64,000 nt of DNA from an uncultured delta proteobacterium (GTDB lineage Bacteria; Desulfobacterota; Zymogenia; Zymogenales; Zymogenaceae), in NCBI GenBank assembly GCA_963792965.1, contig CAWBYW010000007.1:320001-384000 (forward strand). The letters are read 5' to 3'. Made by a program: the position numbers and the translations under genes. Under the pieces are notes generated by a model. It searched no databases and had not been told where the DNA came from. It saw only the letters and a program-made list of their open reading frames with translations. Numbering within the stretch: the first letter of the stretch is position 1; every line of letters starts with the position of its first letter. Shown piece by piece: positions 43,681 to 52,638 of the stretch.

Positions 43681-43863
43681 CTATTCCTCCTCGATCTTGA
43701 TGACCTCCCGGTTGTTGTAGTAGCCGCAGTGAGGGCAGACCTCATGGGGTGCCTTCACCTCGCCGCAGTTGGAACAGGTCGAGCGCGCGGGCATCTCGAT
43801 TGCCTGATGCGCCCGGCGGTTGCCCCTGCGGGCCCTTGAATGTCTTCTCTTTGGAACAGCCAT
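43681..43863 (-). CDS. rpmF: 50S ribosomal protein L32 (Zn-binding type)
   Basis: MAVPKRR..CSNC..CPHCG. Confidence 0.97.
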   Translation of the reverse strand: MAVPKRRHSRARRGNRRAHQAIEMPARSTCSNCGEVKAPHEVCPHCGYYNNREVIKIEEE

Positions 43864-43878
43864 TGATCGTTACCCCTG

Positions 43879-44478
43879 TTACTTAAGTTGAAGATTCTTG
43901 AGTTTCTCAAACCTGACATCGACAGATTCGTCTTTACAGCCGCAGATACCGGTATTCAGGTTTTTCCCACACCGGACGCAAAGCCCGAGACAATCGTCGT
44001 TGCAGAGTGGTTTTAGCGGTAAATTGAGAGAGATCTGCTCGTTGATGACCTGACCGACATCAAACAGGTCACCGTGAAACAGGTTGAAGTCGAGATCCTC
44101 CGCCTTCAGCTCGATATCTTTTTCGGTGATCTTCTTATGGGTGAAGACGCTTCTAAACGAGATGTCCAGCTTCTGCTCGAAGAGCTCCGTGCAGCGACTG
44201 CAGGCCCTTCCGGCGATGGCAAGGAGATGTCCGGTGACGATGATATTCTCGCCCTTCTTGACCAGCTTAATCGTGCCCTCAAAGCCATGGGGAAACGTAA
44301 GATCGGGTTCCTTGATGATGCCGAGCAGCTCGTCCTGCCAAGCGGTCCCTCCGATGACGGTATGGACCTCAAGGATCTCGGACTCTTTTTGCGATTCGGG
44401 GAAAAATCCGCGGCCCGGGATTGCGATGGAAATCCCTCCCTCGGGTATTTCGCCGACCTTAAAGAGTAAAAGCTCCAT
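43879..44478 (-). CDS. yceD: YceD/DUF177 protein
   Basis: CSRC, LPLKPLC..CLGLCVRCG..C.C..DVRFEKL; upstream of rpmF. Confidence 0.9.
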   Translation of the reverse strand: MELLLFKVGEIPEGGISIAIPGRGFFPESQKESEILEVHTVIGGTAWQDELLGIIKEPDLTFPHGFEGTIKLVKKGENIIVTGHLLAIAGRACSRCTELFEQKLDISFRSVFTHKKITEKDIELKAEDLDFNLFHGDLFDVGQVINEQISLNLPLKPLCNDDCLGLCVRCGKNLNTGICGCKDESVDVRFEKLKNLQLK

Positions 44479-44599
44479 ACCAAATCCCCACTGTGAGAAT
44501 AAGCATTTTGCACATTTGGATATATATAACCAAAGGTCTTTTCTTTGTCAAGAAAATTTAAATATATCACAGATATGGGCAAACCCCTATGAAATTATG

Positions 44600-44628
44600 T
44601 TGACTTTTCGATGATTTTTTCTTATTAT
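44600..44628 (+). promoter_or_regulatory. Sigma70 promoter for the riboswitch-tup cluster
   Basis: TTGACT-17 bp-TATTAT, ending 8 bp before riboswitch P1. Confidence 0.7.
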
Positions 44629-44636
44629 ATTGGTTT

Positions 44637-44810
44637 AATTCTCCGATCCTTTACACCTAAGGGGGTCCACACGAGATCTCGTCGGAAACGACGGGAGCTT
44701 GCCCCGGAGTGCCTCAGGCATGTCGCCGGTGGGCCCGGTGCCCCTACGGTGTAAGGACGATACGGTTCGATTGGAAACGGTCGGGCCCCCCGTGTTCGGA
44801 AAGGAGAGTT
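44637..44810 (+). ncRNA. Moco-family riboswitch, P3-less tungsten-cofactor (Tuco) variant
   Basis: P1 AATTCTCC/GGAGAGTT; P2 TCCTTTACAC/GTGTAAGGA with CCTAAG..CTACGG tetraloop receptor; P4 GGTTCGATTG-GAAA-CGGTCGGGCC; CCCG..GGAAAGGAG 3' end; upstream of tupABC. Confidence 0.88.
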
Positions 44811-44812
44811 TT

Positions 44813-44941
44813 ATGGAACAGCGCCTTCATCCTGTCGCACCGCCACCCATTCCATCGAACATTTCCCACAAACCGATCGACTCAGAAGTCGGGGCCGGCC
44901 GCATAGGTAATCTCATTCATTTTATGGAGGTCTTACGATGA
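44813..44941 (+). CDS. Putative 42-aa leader peptide
   Basis: AAAGGAG in riboswitch P1 precedes ATG 44813; its TGA overlaps the tupA ATG (ATGA). Confidence 0.45.
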   Translation: MEQRLHPVAPPPIPSNISHKPIDSEVGAGRIGNLIHFMEVLR

Positions 44942-45756
44942 GAAAGCTCTACTGCGTTCTCGCTGTGGCGGCCCTTGTCACCTTTGGTCTCGTTCTGAGC
45001 GCCGCCGCTAAGGAAACCATTACTCTTGCCACTACGACGAGCACCGTCGATACCGGGCTCCTTGACGTAATCCTTCCCGTATTTACGGCCAAGACCGGGA
45101 TCGACGTGAAAGTCGTCTACGCCGGCACCGGCAAGGCCCTCGAGATCGCCAAGAACGGCGACGCGGACGTGGTGCTGGTCCACGCGAGATCCTTGGAAGA
45201 TCAGTTCATAGCCGACGGCTACGGAATCGACCGCAAAGACGTCATGTACAATAATTTCATGCTGATCGGCCCGAAGAGTGACCCCGCGAAGGTCATGGGT
45301 ATGAAGGAGGTCGTGGAAGCCTTCAAGAAGATCGCCGACAAGAAGGCGCTCTTCCTCACCCGTGCCGACAAGTCGGGCACCAATGTCAAGGAGCTTGACA
45401 TCTGGAAGGCCGCGGGGATCACCCCCAAGGGTGACTGGTACGTGGAGACCGGCCAGGGGATGGGCCCCACCTTGCTTGTTGCCAATGAGAAGGGGGCCTA
45501 TACCTTGAGCGACGACGCGACCTACTTCGACTTCACGCTCGGCAAAAAGATCGACCTCCCGATCATGGTGAAGGGTGAAAAAATGCTCTTCAACCAGTAC
45601 GGCGTTATCCTCGTTAACCCGAAGAAAGTCTCGACGGTAAAGTATGACGCAGCCAAGAAATTTGCCGACTGGCTGACCGGCCCCGACGGGCAGAAAAACA
45701 TTGCCGATTTCAAGAAGTACGGCAAGCAGCTTTTCTTCCCTGACGCGCCGAAGTAA
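44938..45756 (+). CDS. tupA: Tungstate ABC transporter substrate-binding protein
   Basis: Signal peptide; LATTTSTVDTGLL (TTTS motif), GTGKAL, VLVHA, RADKSGT. Confidence 0.93.
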   Translation: MRKLYCVLAVAALVTFGLVLSAAAKETITLATTTSTVDTGLLDVILPVFTAKTGIDVKVVYAGTGKALEIAKNGDADVVLVHARSLEDQFIADGYGIDRKDVMYNNFMLIGPKSDPAKVMGMKEVVEAFKKIADKKALFLTRADKSGTNVKELDIWKAAGITPKGDWYVETGQGMGPTLLVANEKGAYTLSDDATYFDFTLGKKIDLPIMVKGEKMLFNQYGVILVNPKKVSTVKYDAAKKFADWLTGPDGQKNIADFKKYGKQLFFPDAPK

Positions 45757-45787
45757 TTATTAACCATACGGAGGGTGACGAGGCTTC

Positions 45788-46504
45788 TTGTTTCGTATCG
45801 AATCATTACGCTATCTTACCGAAGGGGTAAGCCAGGCCTTCGTCCTGATAGTCACCTTCGATCCAGCGGTCTACGAGATCGTAGGGCTTTCCCTCTACTG
45901 CTCTCTGGCCGCCACCCTGATCGGCTCGCTCGTGGGCCTGCCCACGGGATTTCTGATCGGAGCCTTCGACTTCAGGGGGAAGCGCACGCTCGTCACCCTC
46001 TTTAATGCACTCATGGCCCTCCCCACGACCGTCGTGGGGCTCCTGGGGTACATGATCCTCTCCCACAGCGGCCCCCTCGGCTTTCTGGGTCTTCTCTTTA
46101 CCCCGGCCGCGATTATCCTCGGACAGATGGTCCTCTGCTTTCCGATCATCACCGCCTTTACCATTTCCACGACCCAGGGCATTAACCCGCTCATCCGGCA
46201 AACTGCTCTCACCCTTGGGGCGTCTTCCACCCAGGCGTCTCTCGCCGTCTTCCGCGAGGGCCGGGTCGGGTATCTCGTCTGTATCGTCGCGGGGTTCGCG
46301 CGGGTCGTGGCCGAGGTCGGCTCGGCCATGATGCTGGGCGGAAACATCAAGGGACACACCCGCACCATCCCCACCGCCATCGCGCTCGAGACGGGAAAGG
46401 GGGAATTCTCTCTCGGTATAGCGCTCGGTATTATCCTGTTGATCCTCGCGCTTTCGGTTAATATCGTCGTGCAGAGGCTCCGGTTTACAAGGGAAGCGAA
46501 ATGA
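45788..46504 (+). CDS. tupB: Tungstate ABC transporter permease
   Basis: LPTTVVGL, GPLG, AEVGSAMMLGGNIKGHTR, ETGKG. Confidence 0.92.
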   Translation: MFRIESLRYLTEGVSQAFVLIVTFDPAVYEIVGLSLYCSLAATLIGSLVGLPTGFLIGAFDFRGKRTLVTLFNALMALPTTVVGLLGYMILSHSGPLGFLGLLFTPAAIILGQMVLCFPIITAFTISTTQGINPLIRQTALTLGASSTQASLAVFREGRVGYLVCIVAGFARVVAEVGSAMMLGGNIKGHTRTIPTAIALETGKGEFSLGIALGIILLILALSVNIVVQRLRFTREAK

Positions 46505-47508
46505 GCCCCGACAATATTATAGAAATACACGATCTTAAGCAGGTCTATGACGGAACGACCGTGCTGGATATTGATGCCTTTTCTTTCAAACGGGGGCTTA
46601 TCTACGCCCTCGTCGGTCCGAACGGCTCCGGCAAGAGCACGCTCCTCTCGATTCTCGCCTCCCTTGTCCCCTTTACCTCCGGCAGGGTCATTTTGGATGG
46701 CGCCGACGTGGGCCGTGCCGATCCCTATGAGGCCAGAAAGCGCGTCACCCTCGTTCACCAGGAGCCGGTGATGTTTCATGCATCCGTAAGGAAGAATGTC
46801 GCTCTGGGGCTCATCTATCGTGATCTACCGAGGGGAGAGATTTCGCAAAAGGTCTCGGAGGCTCTCGGTGCCGTGGGGATGATGGGGCTCGAGCATCGGA
46901 ACGCCCGGACTCTCTCAGGGGGGGAAAAGAAGAGGATCGCCATCGCCCGGGCCCTCGCCCTTTCCCCTGATATCCTCCTGCTGGATGAGCCCACCGCGAA
47001 CGTCGATGCGATCAACAGCGCAAACATCGAAGAGATCATCCGAACGATAAATGACCGGAAAAAGACGACCATTATATTCTCCTCCCACAACCTTAATCAG
47101 GCCTATCGACTCGCACACGAAGTCCTCAGCCTCATGTACGGCAGGCCCCAGGAAAAATCACTCCGAAATATTTTCGCCGGCTCCTCCGAGCTGATCGATC
47201 GGGAGCCGGTCTTCAATACCGGCCGTATCCGCATTAAGCTTCCCGACATCAATGACCAGATACGTCAAGTATCCATAGATCCGCACGATATCATTATCTC
47301 TAAGGTGGCTATTCCGACAAGCGCCCGGAACCTCTTTCGGGGCCAGATCATCGAAATAGTAAAGGATTCAAGCCTCATCGGGGTTACGGTGCGCGCCGAA
47401 GAGGATTTCAGGGTAACGATAACCGAGCGCTCCTTTAAGGAAATGGGGCTCTCCATCGGAGAGGACGTGTACATCGCCTTCAAGGCCACCGCCGTCACGA
47501 CCTATTGA
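46501..47508 (+). CDS. tupC: Tungstate ABC transporter ATPase with TOBE domain
   Basis: GPNGSGKST, LSGGE, LLLDEPTAN; SARN..FKATAV TOBE. Confidence 0.9.
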   Translation: MSPDNIIEIHDLKQVYDGTTVLDIDAFSFKRGLIYALVGPNGSGKSTLLSILASLVPFTSGRVILDGADVGRADPYEARKRVTLVHQEPVMFHASVRKNVALGLIYRDLPRGEISQKVSEALGAVGMMGLEHRNARTLSGGEKKRIAIARALALSPDILLLDEPTANVDAINSANIEEIIRTINDRKKTTIIFSSHNLNQAYRLAHEVLSLMYGRPQEKSLRNIFAGSSELIDREPVFNTGRIRIKLPDINDQIRQVSIDPHDIIISKVAIPTSARNLFRGQIIEIVKDSSLIGVTVRAEEDFRVTITERSFKEMGLSIGEDVYIAFKATAVTTY

Positions 47509-47522
47509 CAGAACGTGCGACA

Positions 47523-48773
47523 ATGAGAAAAGGCTTTTTAACACTCACGGACGCCGATGAGTTCAGGCGGATTATTTTCGCGGCGCCCGACACGGTCGAG
47601 GGCGAACCGATCGCAACCTCCGACGCCCTGGGTCGGATTCCCGTCTCGGATATCCGCTCGCCCATCGACCTGCCGGAGTTTCGCCGCTCCACCGTCGACG
47701 GATTTGCGGCGAAGAGTTCGGACACCCACGGCGCGTCCGATTCGATCCCGGTCTACCTTGATCTCGTGGACGATATCCCCATTGGGACGAGTCCCGCACG
47801 CCCGATCGTGGCGGGCCAGGCCGCGCGGGTCGTCACAGGGGGAATGATCCCCGAGGGCGCCGACGCCATTGTGATGCTCGAATACACTCAGGTTGCACAC
47901 GAGACGACGCTGGAAGTCAGGAGGCCGGCGGCACATCTGGAGAATGTGGCACAAATCGGCGAGGATATCGCGCGTAACGCGCTCGTCGTGCCCGCGACCA
48001 TACCACTGAGGCCTTTTGATATCGGGGCCCTCATGGGAGTCGGGATAACGCAAATCACGGTCTTCAAGAAACCGCGCGTTACCGTGTTTTCCACGGGCAA
48101 CGAGGTGGTCTCGCCGACGGAGATCCCCCCCCTCGGCAAGGTCCGCGACATCAATACGTACGCCGTCGCGGCGGGGGTGGCGCAGGCCGGCGGCCGACCT
48201 ATCGTCTTGCCGCCCGTCGGGGACGACCTCGACCTGTTGAAGAAGACGATCGGGAACTCCGTCCGGACCTCCGACATGATAATCCTCTCCGGGGGGAGCT
48301 CCGTGGGTAATATGGACTTTACGGTTGCCGCCATCAACGAGACCGGAAGCCCGGGGGTCATCGTTCACGGCCTTGCCGTTAAGCCGGGGAAACCCACAAT
48401 TTACGGGGTCGTCGATGACGTCCCCGTGTTCGGCCTTCCCGGGCATCCGGCCGGCGCGATGGTCGTCTTTCTGCTCTTCGTCGCTCCTCTCATCAGGAAG
48501 ATCGGGGGAGGCGGCGAGCTGGACCCTTTCGGGAGGACCATGACGGCACAGATTACCAGGAGTATCCACGGATCGCCCGGCCGACACGTGTATGTCCCCG
48601 TCGTAATAGAGCCGACCGACGGCGACGGACTCCCGAAGGCGGCCCCGCTGCTCGGGAAGTCCGGCGCCATCTCGATCCTCACCAAGAGCAATGGAATCGT
48701 CGCCATCCCGCCGATGAAGGAGGGACTCCGGGCGGGAGAGCATGTGGAGGTATACCTCTACAGGGTGTCATGA
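47523..48773 (+). CDS. moeA: Molybdopterin metal insertase MoeA
   Basis: STVDGFA, TGGMIPEGADAIVMLE, STGNEV, SGGSSVG, KPGKP, LPGHP. Confidence 0.94.
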   Translation: MRKGFLTLTDADEFRRIIFAAPDTVEGEPIATSDALGRIPVSDIRSPIDLPEFRRSTVDGFAAKSSDTHGASDSIPVYLDLVDDIPIGTSPARPIVAGQAARVVTGGMIPEGADAIVMLEYTQVAHETTLEVRRPAAHLENVAQIGEDIARNALVVPATIPLRPFDIGALMGVGITQITVFKKPRVTVFSTGNEVVSPTEIPPLGKVRDINTYAVAAGVAQAGGRPIVLPPVGDDLDLLKKTIGNSVRTSDMIILSGGSSVGNMDFTVAAINETGSPGVIVHGLAVKPGKPTIYGVVDDVPVFGLPGHPAGAMVVFLLFVAPLIRKIGGGGELDPFGRTMTAQITRSIHGSPGRHVYVPVVIEPTDGDGLPKAAPLLGKSGAISILTKSNGIVAIPPMKEGLRAGEHVEVYLYRVS

Positions 48774-50689
48774 AACGAAACATCTATCTTGAGACAAAGC
48801 CGCTTGACGAAGCCCTCTCGGTATTTCTGACCGCTTTCGATGACGACTTCACCACGTCCGAAGAAGAGGTCAGGACCGCCGACGCGGCCGGAAGGATCAC
48901 GTCCCGGCCCGTCTTTGCCAAGATCTCGTCTCCCAATTATAATGCGGCCGCTATGGACGGAATCGCGGTGTCCGCGCGTGGCACGGACGGAGCAACCGAA
49001 ACCTCGCCGAAAAGGCTGGTGATTGACCGCGATTTCGTCTTCATCAACACCGGCAATCCCCTCCCCCCCGAACGCGACGCCGTCATCATGATCGAGGATG
49101 TAAACGAGATCGACGAGCTCTCAATCGAGATCATCAAGGCGGCGGTGCCCTACCAGCACGTGCGGGCAATGGGCGAGGACGCCGTGGCGACGGAGCTTAT
49201 ACTCCCCGCGTCCCACACGATCCGCCCGTATGACATCGGTGGTCTCCTCGGCACGGGCAACACGACCGTCCGCGTCAAGAAGCGGCCGCGATTCTTGCTT
49301 ATTCCAACCGGCGACGAGCTCATTCCCGACACCGAGCACGTGCTCCCCGAGGGGAAGGTCTTCGAGTCGAACTCGGCGGTCATTTCGGCGATGATCACCG
49401 AGGACGGCGGTTCGGCTCTACGCCACCCGATCATCGGGGACGACGAGGGCGAGATCAAGAAGGCGCTCGCCCGGAATATCGATAAATTTGACGCGGTCAT
49501 CGTCCTTGCGGGCTCGTCGGCCGGGAGTCGAGATTTTTCCCGCTCGATCATTGAAGAGCTCGGCGAGGTTTTTGTCCACGGCATCGCGATCATGCCCGGA
49601 AAGCCGACCATACTGGGCAGAGTCGCCAAAAAGCCGGTGATCGGGCTTCCCGGCTACCCGGTCTCGGCCGTCATCGCCTACGCGGTGATCGTGCGGCCCC
49701 TGATTGCTCGGCTCCTCGGCCTCCCCGTGTCGGCCGATGAAACCGCCGAGGTCACGGTCCTGCGCGATATCCCGAAACCGACCGGGACCGACCTTTTCCT
49801 GCGGGTGAGGATCGCTGATCTTTCCGGAAGGCTCATCGCCACACCGCTGCCGCGTGGGGCCGGGAACATCACGACGATGATCCGGGCCGACGGGATCATA
49901 AGAATCGATTCGCTCTCCGAGGGACTCAAAGCGCACGACACGGCGACCGCCCACCTCATCAGGAAACGGGAAGACATTCTCGGCACCATCATGGCCGTGG
50001 GAAGCCACGACATCTGCCTCGACCTGTTGGCCGGCAGGCTGCGGGCTGCTTATCCCCGCTTCCGGCTGGCCTCGGTTAACGTCGGGAGTCTCGGCGGTAT
50101 CATGGCGGTCAGAAACGGCGAGTGTCATCTCGCCGGAAGCCACCTCCTGGACCCCGAGACCGGGGCCTACAATATCCCCGCGATACAAAGGTATCTCGCG
50201 GGGGTGCCCGTCTCACTCGTGACGCTCGCCTTTCGCGAGCAGGGGCTGATCGTAGGTGTGGGAAACCCCAAAGGTATTACGGGAATCGCCGACCTCTTCG
50301 AGGACGGCGTAACCTTCGTCAACCGTCAGCGAGGATCCGGGACGCGCATCCTGCTTGACTATCTCCTCAAACAACAAGAGCTGGACCCGCTCCGTATCGA
50401 CGGATACAGGCACGAGGAATTCACCCACCTTATGGTGGCGGCGGCCGTCAAGAGCGGCCGTGCGGATACGGGCCTCGGCATCAGGGCAGCCGCCAACGCC
50501 CTGGGCCTCGGCTTTGTTCCGGTGGAACGCGAGCGCTACGACCTGATTATTCCGCTTAAATTTCGAGACGATGAAAAAATCGTGGCCCTCGTCCAGACGG
50601 TCAGGGATACAATGTTTCATCGGGAGGTCGTATCGCTCGGCGGCTACGACACGACCGAAACAGGAAAGGAAAGGATCATTGAGGCGTAA
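48770..50689 (+). CDS. moeA: MoeA fused to a C-terminal periplasmic-binding-protein-like domain
   Basis: AAMDG, PTGDEL, PGKP, PGYPVS; GSHD, GSLGG, NRQRGSGTR. Confidence 0.92.
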   Translation: MKRNIYLETKPLDEALSVFLTAFDDDFTTSEEEVRTADAAGRITSRPVFAKISSPNYNAAAMDGIAVSARGTDGATETSPKRLVIDRDFVFINTGNPLPPERDAVIMIEDVNEIDELSIEIIKAAVPYQHVRAMGEDAVATELILPASHTIRPYDIGGLLGTGNTTVRVKKRPRFLLIPTGDELIPDTEHVLPEGKVFESNSAVISAMITEDGGSALRHPIIGDDEGEIKKALARNIDKFDAVIVLAGSSAGSRDFSRSIIEELGEVFVHGIAIMPGKPTILGRVAKKPVIGLPGYPVSAVIAYAVIVRPLIARLLGLPVSADETAEVTVLRDIPKPTGTDLFLRVRIADLSGRLIATPLPRGAGNITTMIRADGIIRIDSLSEGLKAHDTATAHLIRKREDILGTIMAVGSHDICLDLLAGRLRAAYPRFRLASVNVGSLGGIMAVRNGECHLAGSHLLDPETGAYNIPAIQRYLAGVPVSLVTLAFREQGLIVGVGNPKGITGIADLFEDGVTFVNRQRGSGTRILLDYLLKQQELDPLRIDGYRHEEFTHLMVAAAVKSGRADTGLGIRAAANALGLGFVPVERERYDLIIPLKFRDDEKIVALVQTVRDTMFHREVVSLGGYDTTETGKERIIEA

Positions 50690-51698
50690 TCTGGAAAAAG
50701 AGACCGATCCGCACGCAACCACGGATCGTTATAATCGGACGATCGATTACATGAGGATTTCCGTGACGGACCGCTGTAACCTCCGATGCCGCTACTGCAT
50801 GCCGGAACAGGGCGTCACCGCCGTGTCTCACGACCTCATCATGCGCTACGAAGAGATCGAGATGCTCGTGCGTGCCGCTGTCACCATCGGGTTTAAAAAG
50901 ATCCGTCTTACCGGCGGCGAGCCCCTTGTCAGGAAGGGGATCACGCGTCTGATCACCACGCTTAAGAAGATCGAGGGGATCAGTGATCTGTCGCTCACCA
51001 CAAACGGCGTTCTCCTATCCGACATGGCGCACCAACTGAAGGAGGCCGGTATCGGCCGAATCAACATCAGTCTCGACACGCTCAGACCCGATCGGTTTTT
51101 CACGATCACGCGGCGCGATCATTTCAAAGACGTCATCGACGGTATAGACGCCGCCCTCAACGCCGGCATGGACCCGGTGAAGATAAACGTCGTCCTCATG
51201 CGGGGGGTAAACGACGACGAAATCATGGATTTCGTCCTTCTCACCAGGGACCGCCCCCTTTGTGTCCGCTTCATCGAGTTTATGCCGACAACCGGAGAAA
51301 CGGCCTGGGATCGCGCACGCGTGGTCCCCTCCGATCAGGTATTGTCGGAAATCAAAAAAAGGTATACAATAACAGAAGTAGATCAAAAGACGGGCGCCGG
51401 CCCATCCACAGATTTTCGCATCGCCGGCTTCGCCGGCACGGTGGGGTTTATCTCCCCGATATCCCGGCACTTTTGTGATCGGTGTAACCGCCTCAGGGTT
51501 ACCGCCGACGGAAGAGTCCGCGGCTGTCTCTTCTCGGACGATGAGATGTACCTACTGCCGATCCTGCGGGGCACGCGCGATATATCCGAGATCGCCGACT
51601 TCATCAGGAAGGCTATCGCACATAAACCCTCGGCGCACAACATCAACGACGCCCGATTCAAGAACTGTCAGCGGGCGATGACGTCGATAGGAGGATAA
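50679..51698 (+). CDS. moaA: GTP 3',8-cyclase MoaA
   Basis: RISVTDRCNLRCRYC, FCDRCNRLR..C, C-terminal IGG; TTG start uncertain. Confidence 0.96.
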   Translation: MRRNLEKETDPHATTDRYNRTIDYMRISVTDRCNLRCRYCMPEQGVTAVSHDLIMRYEEIEMLVRAAVTIGFKKIRLTGGEPLVRKGITRLITTLKKIEGISDLSLTTNGVLLSDMAHQLKEAGIGRINISLDTLRPDRFFTITRRDHFKDVIDGIDAALNAGMDPVKINVVLMRGVNDDEIMDFVLLTRDRPLCVRFIEFMPTTGETAWDRARVVPSDQVLSEIKKRYTITEVDQKTGAGPSTDFRIAGFAGTVGFISPISRHFCDRCNRLRVTADGRVRGCLFSDDEMYLLPILRGTRDISEIADFIRKAIAHKPSAHNINDARFKNCQRAMTSIGG

Positions 51699-51701
51699 CC
51701 C

Positions 51702-52178
51702 ATGGGCCTCACCCACACCGATGATAGGGGAAAGGCACGAATGGTAGATGTCTCCGAGAAAGAGATTACCGCTCGGGAAGCCACCGCCGCCGGGGTTGTC
51801 TCGGTGAAGCCCGAGACGCTTGAGATGATACGGGAAAATCGTGTCAAAAAGGGGGATGTCATGTCCACGGCGCGTATCGCCGCTTTCATGGCAGTCAAGA
51901 AGACGCCGGACCTGATCCCCCTGTGTCACCCGATCCCCGTCTCCGATATAGCCGTCGACATAGAACTCGACGAAGCCCACAGCGCCGTCTCGATCCGTGT
52001 CACCGTGAAGGCCCTCTGGAGAACCGGCGTGGAGATGGAGGCGATCGTCGGGGTGCTCACGGCCGCCGCGACGATCTACGACATGATCAAAGCCCTTGAC
52101 CGCGGCGCAGTCATCTCCGACGTGAAACTCATAAAGAAATCGGGCGGGAAGAGCGGAACGTTTATCAGGGAGCAATAA
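51702..52178 (+). CDS. moaC: cPMP synthase MoaC
   Basis: MVDVSEK, LIPLCH, TGVEMEA, YDMIKA, KSGG. Confidence 0.97.
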   Translation: MGLTHTDDRGKARMVDVSEKEITAREATAAGVVSVKPETLEMIRENRVKKGDVMSTARIAAFMAVKKTPDLIPLCHPIPVSDIAVDIELDEAHSAVSIRVTVKALWRTGVEMEAIVGVLTAAATIYDMIKALDRGAVISDVKLIKKSGGKSGTFIREQ

Positions 52179-52179
52179 G

Positions 52180-52638
52180 ATGAAAGAGAAAGGGAAGATT
52201 ATCTCCGTCAATATATCGCGGGATACCGGCATGAAGAAAGCCCCCGTTAGTCGGGGAGACCTGAAAAAAGACTTCGGCATCGTTACGGACGCCCACGCGG
52301 GCCCACATCACCGGCAGGTCAGCCTCCTCGCAAATGAGAGCATAGACAAGATGCGGGCGATGGGGGCCGACGTTGTCCCCGGCAGCTTTGCCGAGAACCT
52401 GACCACCGAGGGGATCGAGCTCGTCTCTCTTCCCGTCGGCACGATCATCACCACAAGCGGCGGGGCGACCCTTGAGGTGACCCAGATCGGCAAGGTCTGC
52501 CACGACCGGTGCGCGATATATGAAAGCATCGGCGACTGCGTGATGCCGCGCGAGGGAATCTTCGTGAGGGTCATCGAGGGGGGGACGGTCCGCCCCGGCG
52601 ACACCATTGAGGTGCGCCAGAGGGGGGTGTCACGGTGA
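52180..52638 (+). CDS. Short MOSC-domain protein
   Basis: DAHAG..RQVSLL, FAENLTTEG, TQIGKVCHDRCAI..GDCVMPREGIF. Confidence 0.9.
   Translation: MKEKGKIISVNISRDTGMKKAPVSRGDLKKDFGIVTDAHAGPHHRQVSLLANESIDKMRAMGADVVPGSFAENLTTEGIELVSLPVGTIITTSGGATLEVTQIGKVCHDRCAIYESIGDCVMPREGIFVRVIEGGTVRPGDTIEVRQRGVSR

Noticed and set aside
44515-44580. ModE box in the TATAT-rich stretch upstream of the tup cluster
   Set aside because: Does not form the CGNTATATA-N6-TATATANCG palindrome; better explained as the divergent yceD-rpmF promoter (TTGACA at 44551-44546 on the minus strand).
47538-48743. Long antisense or alternate-frame ORFs (also 2797..3834, 25903..26964, 62297..63640)
   Set aside because: They shadow well-supported genes and have no recognisable motifs; expected from high-GC codon bias.
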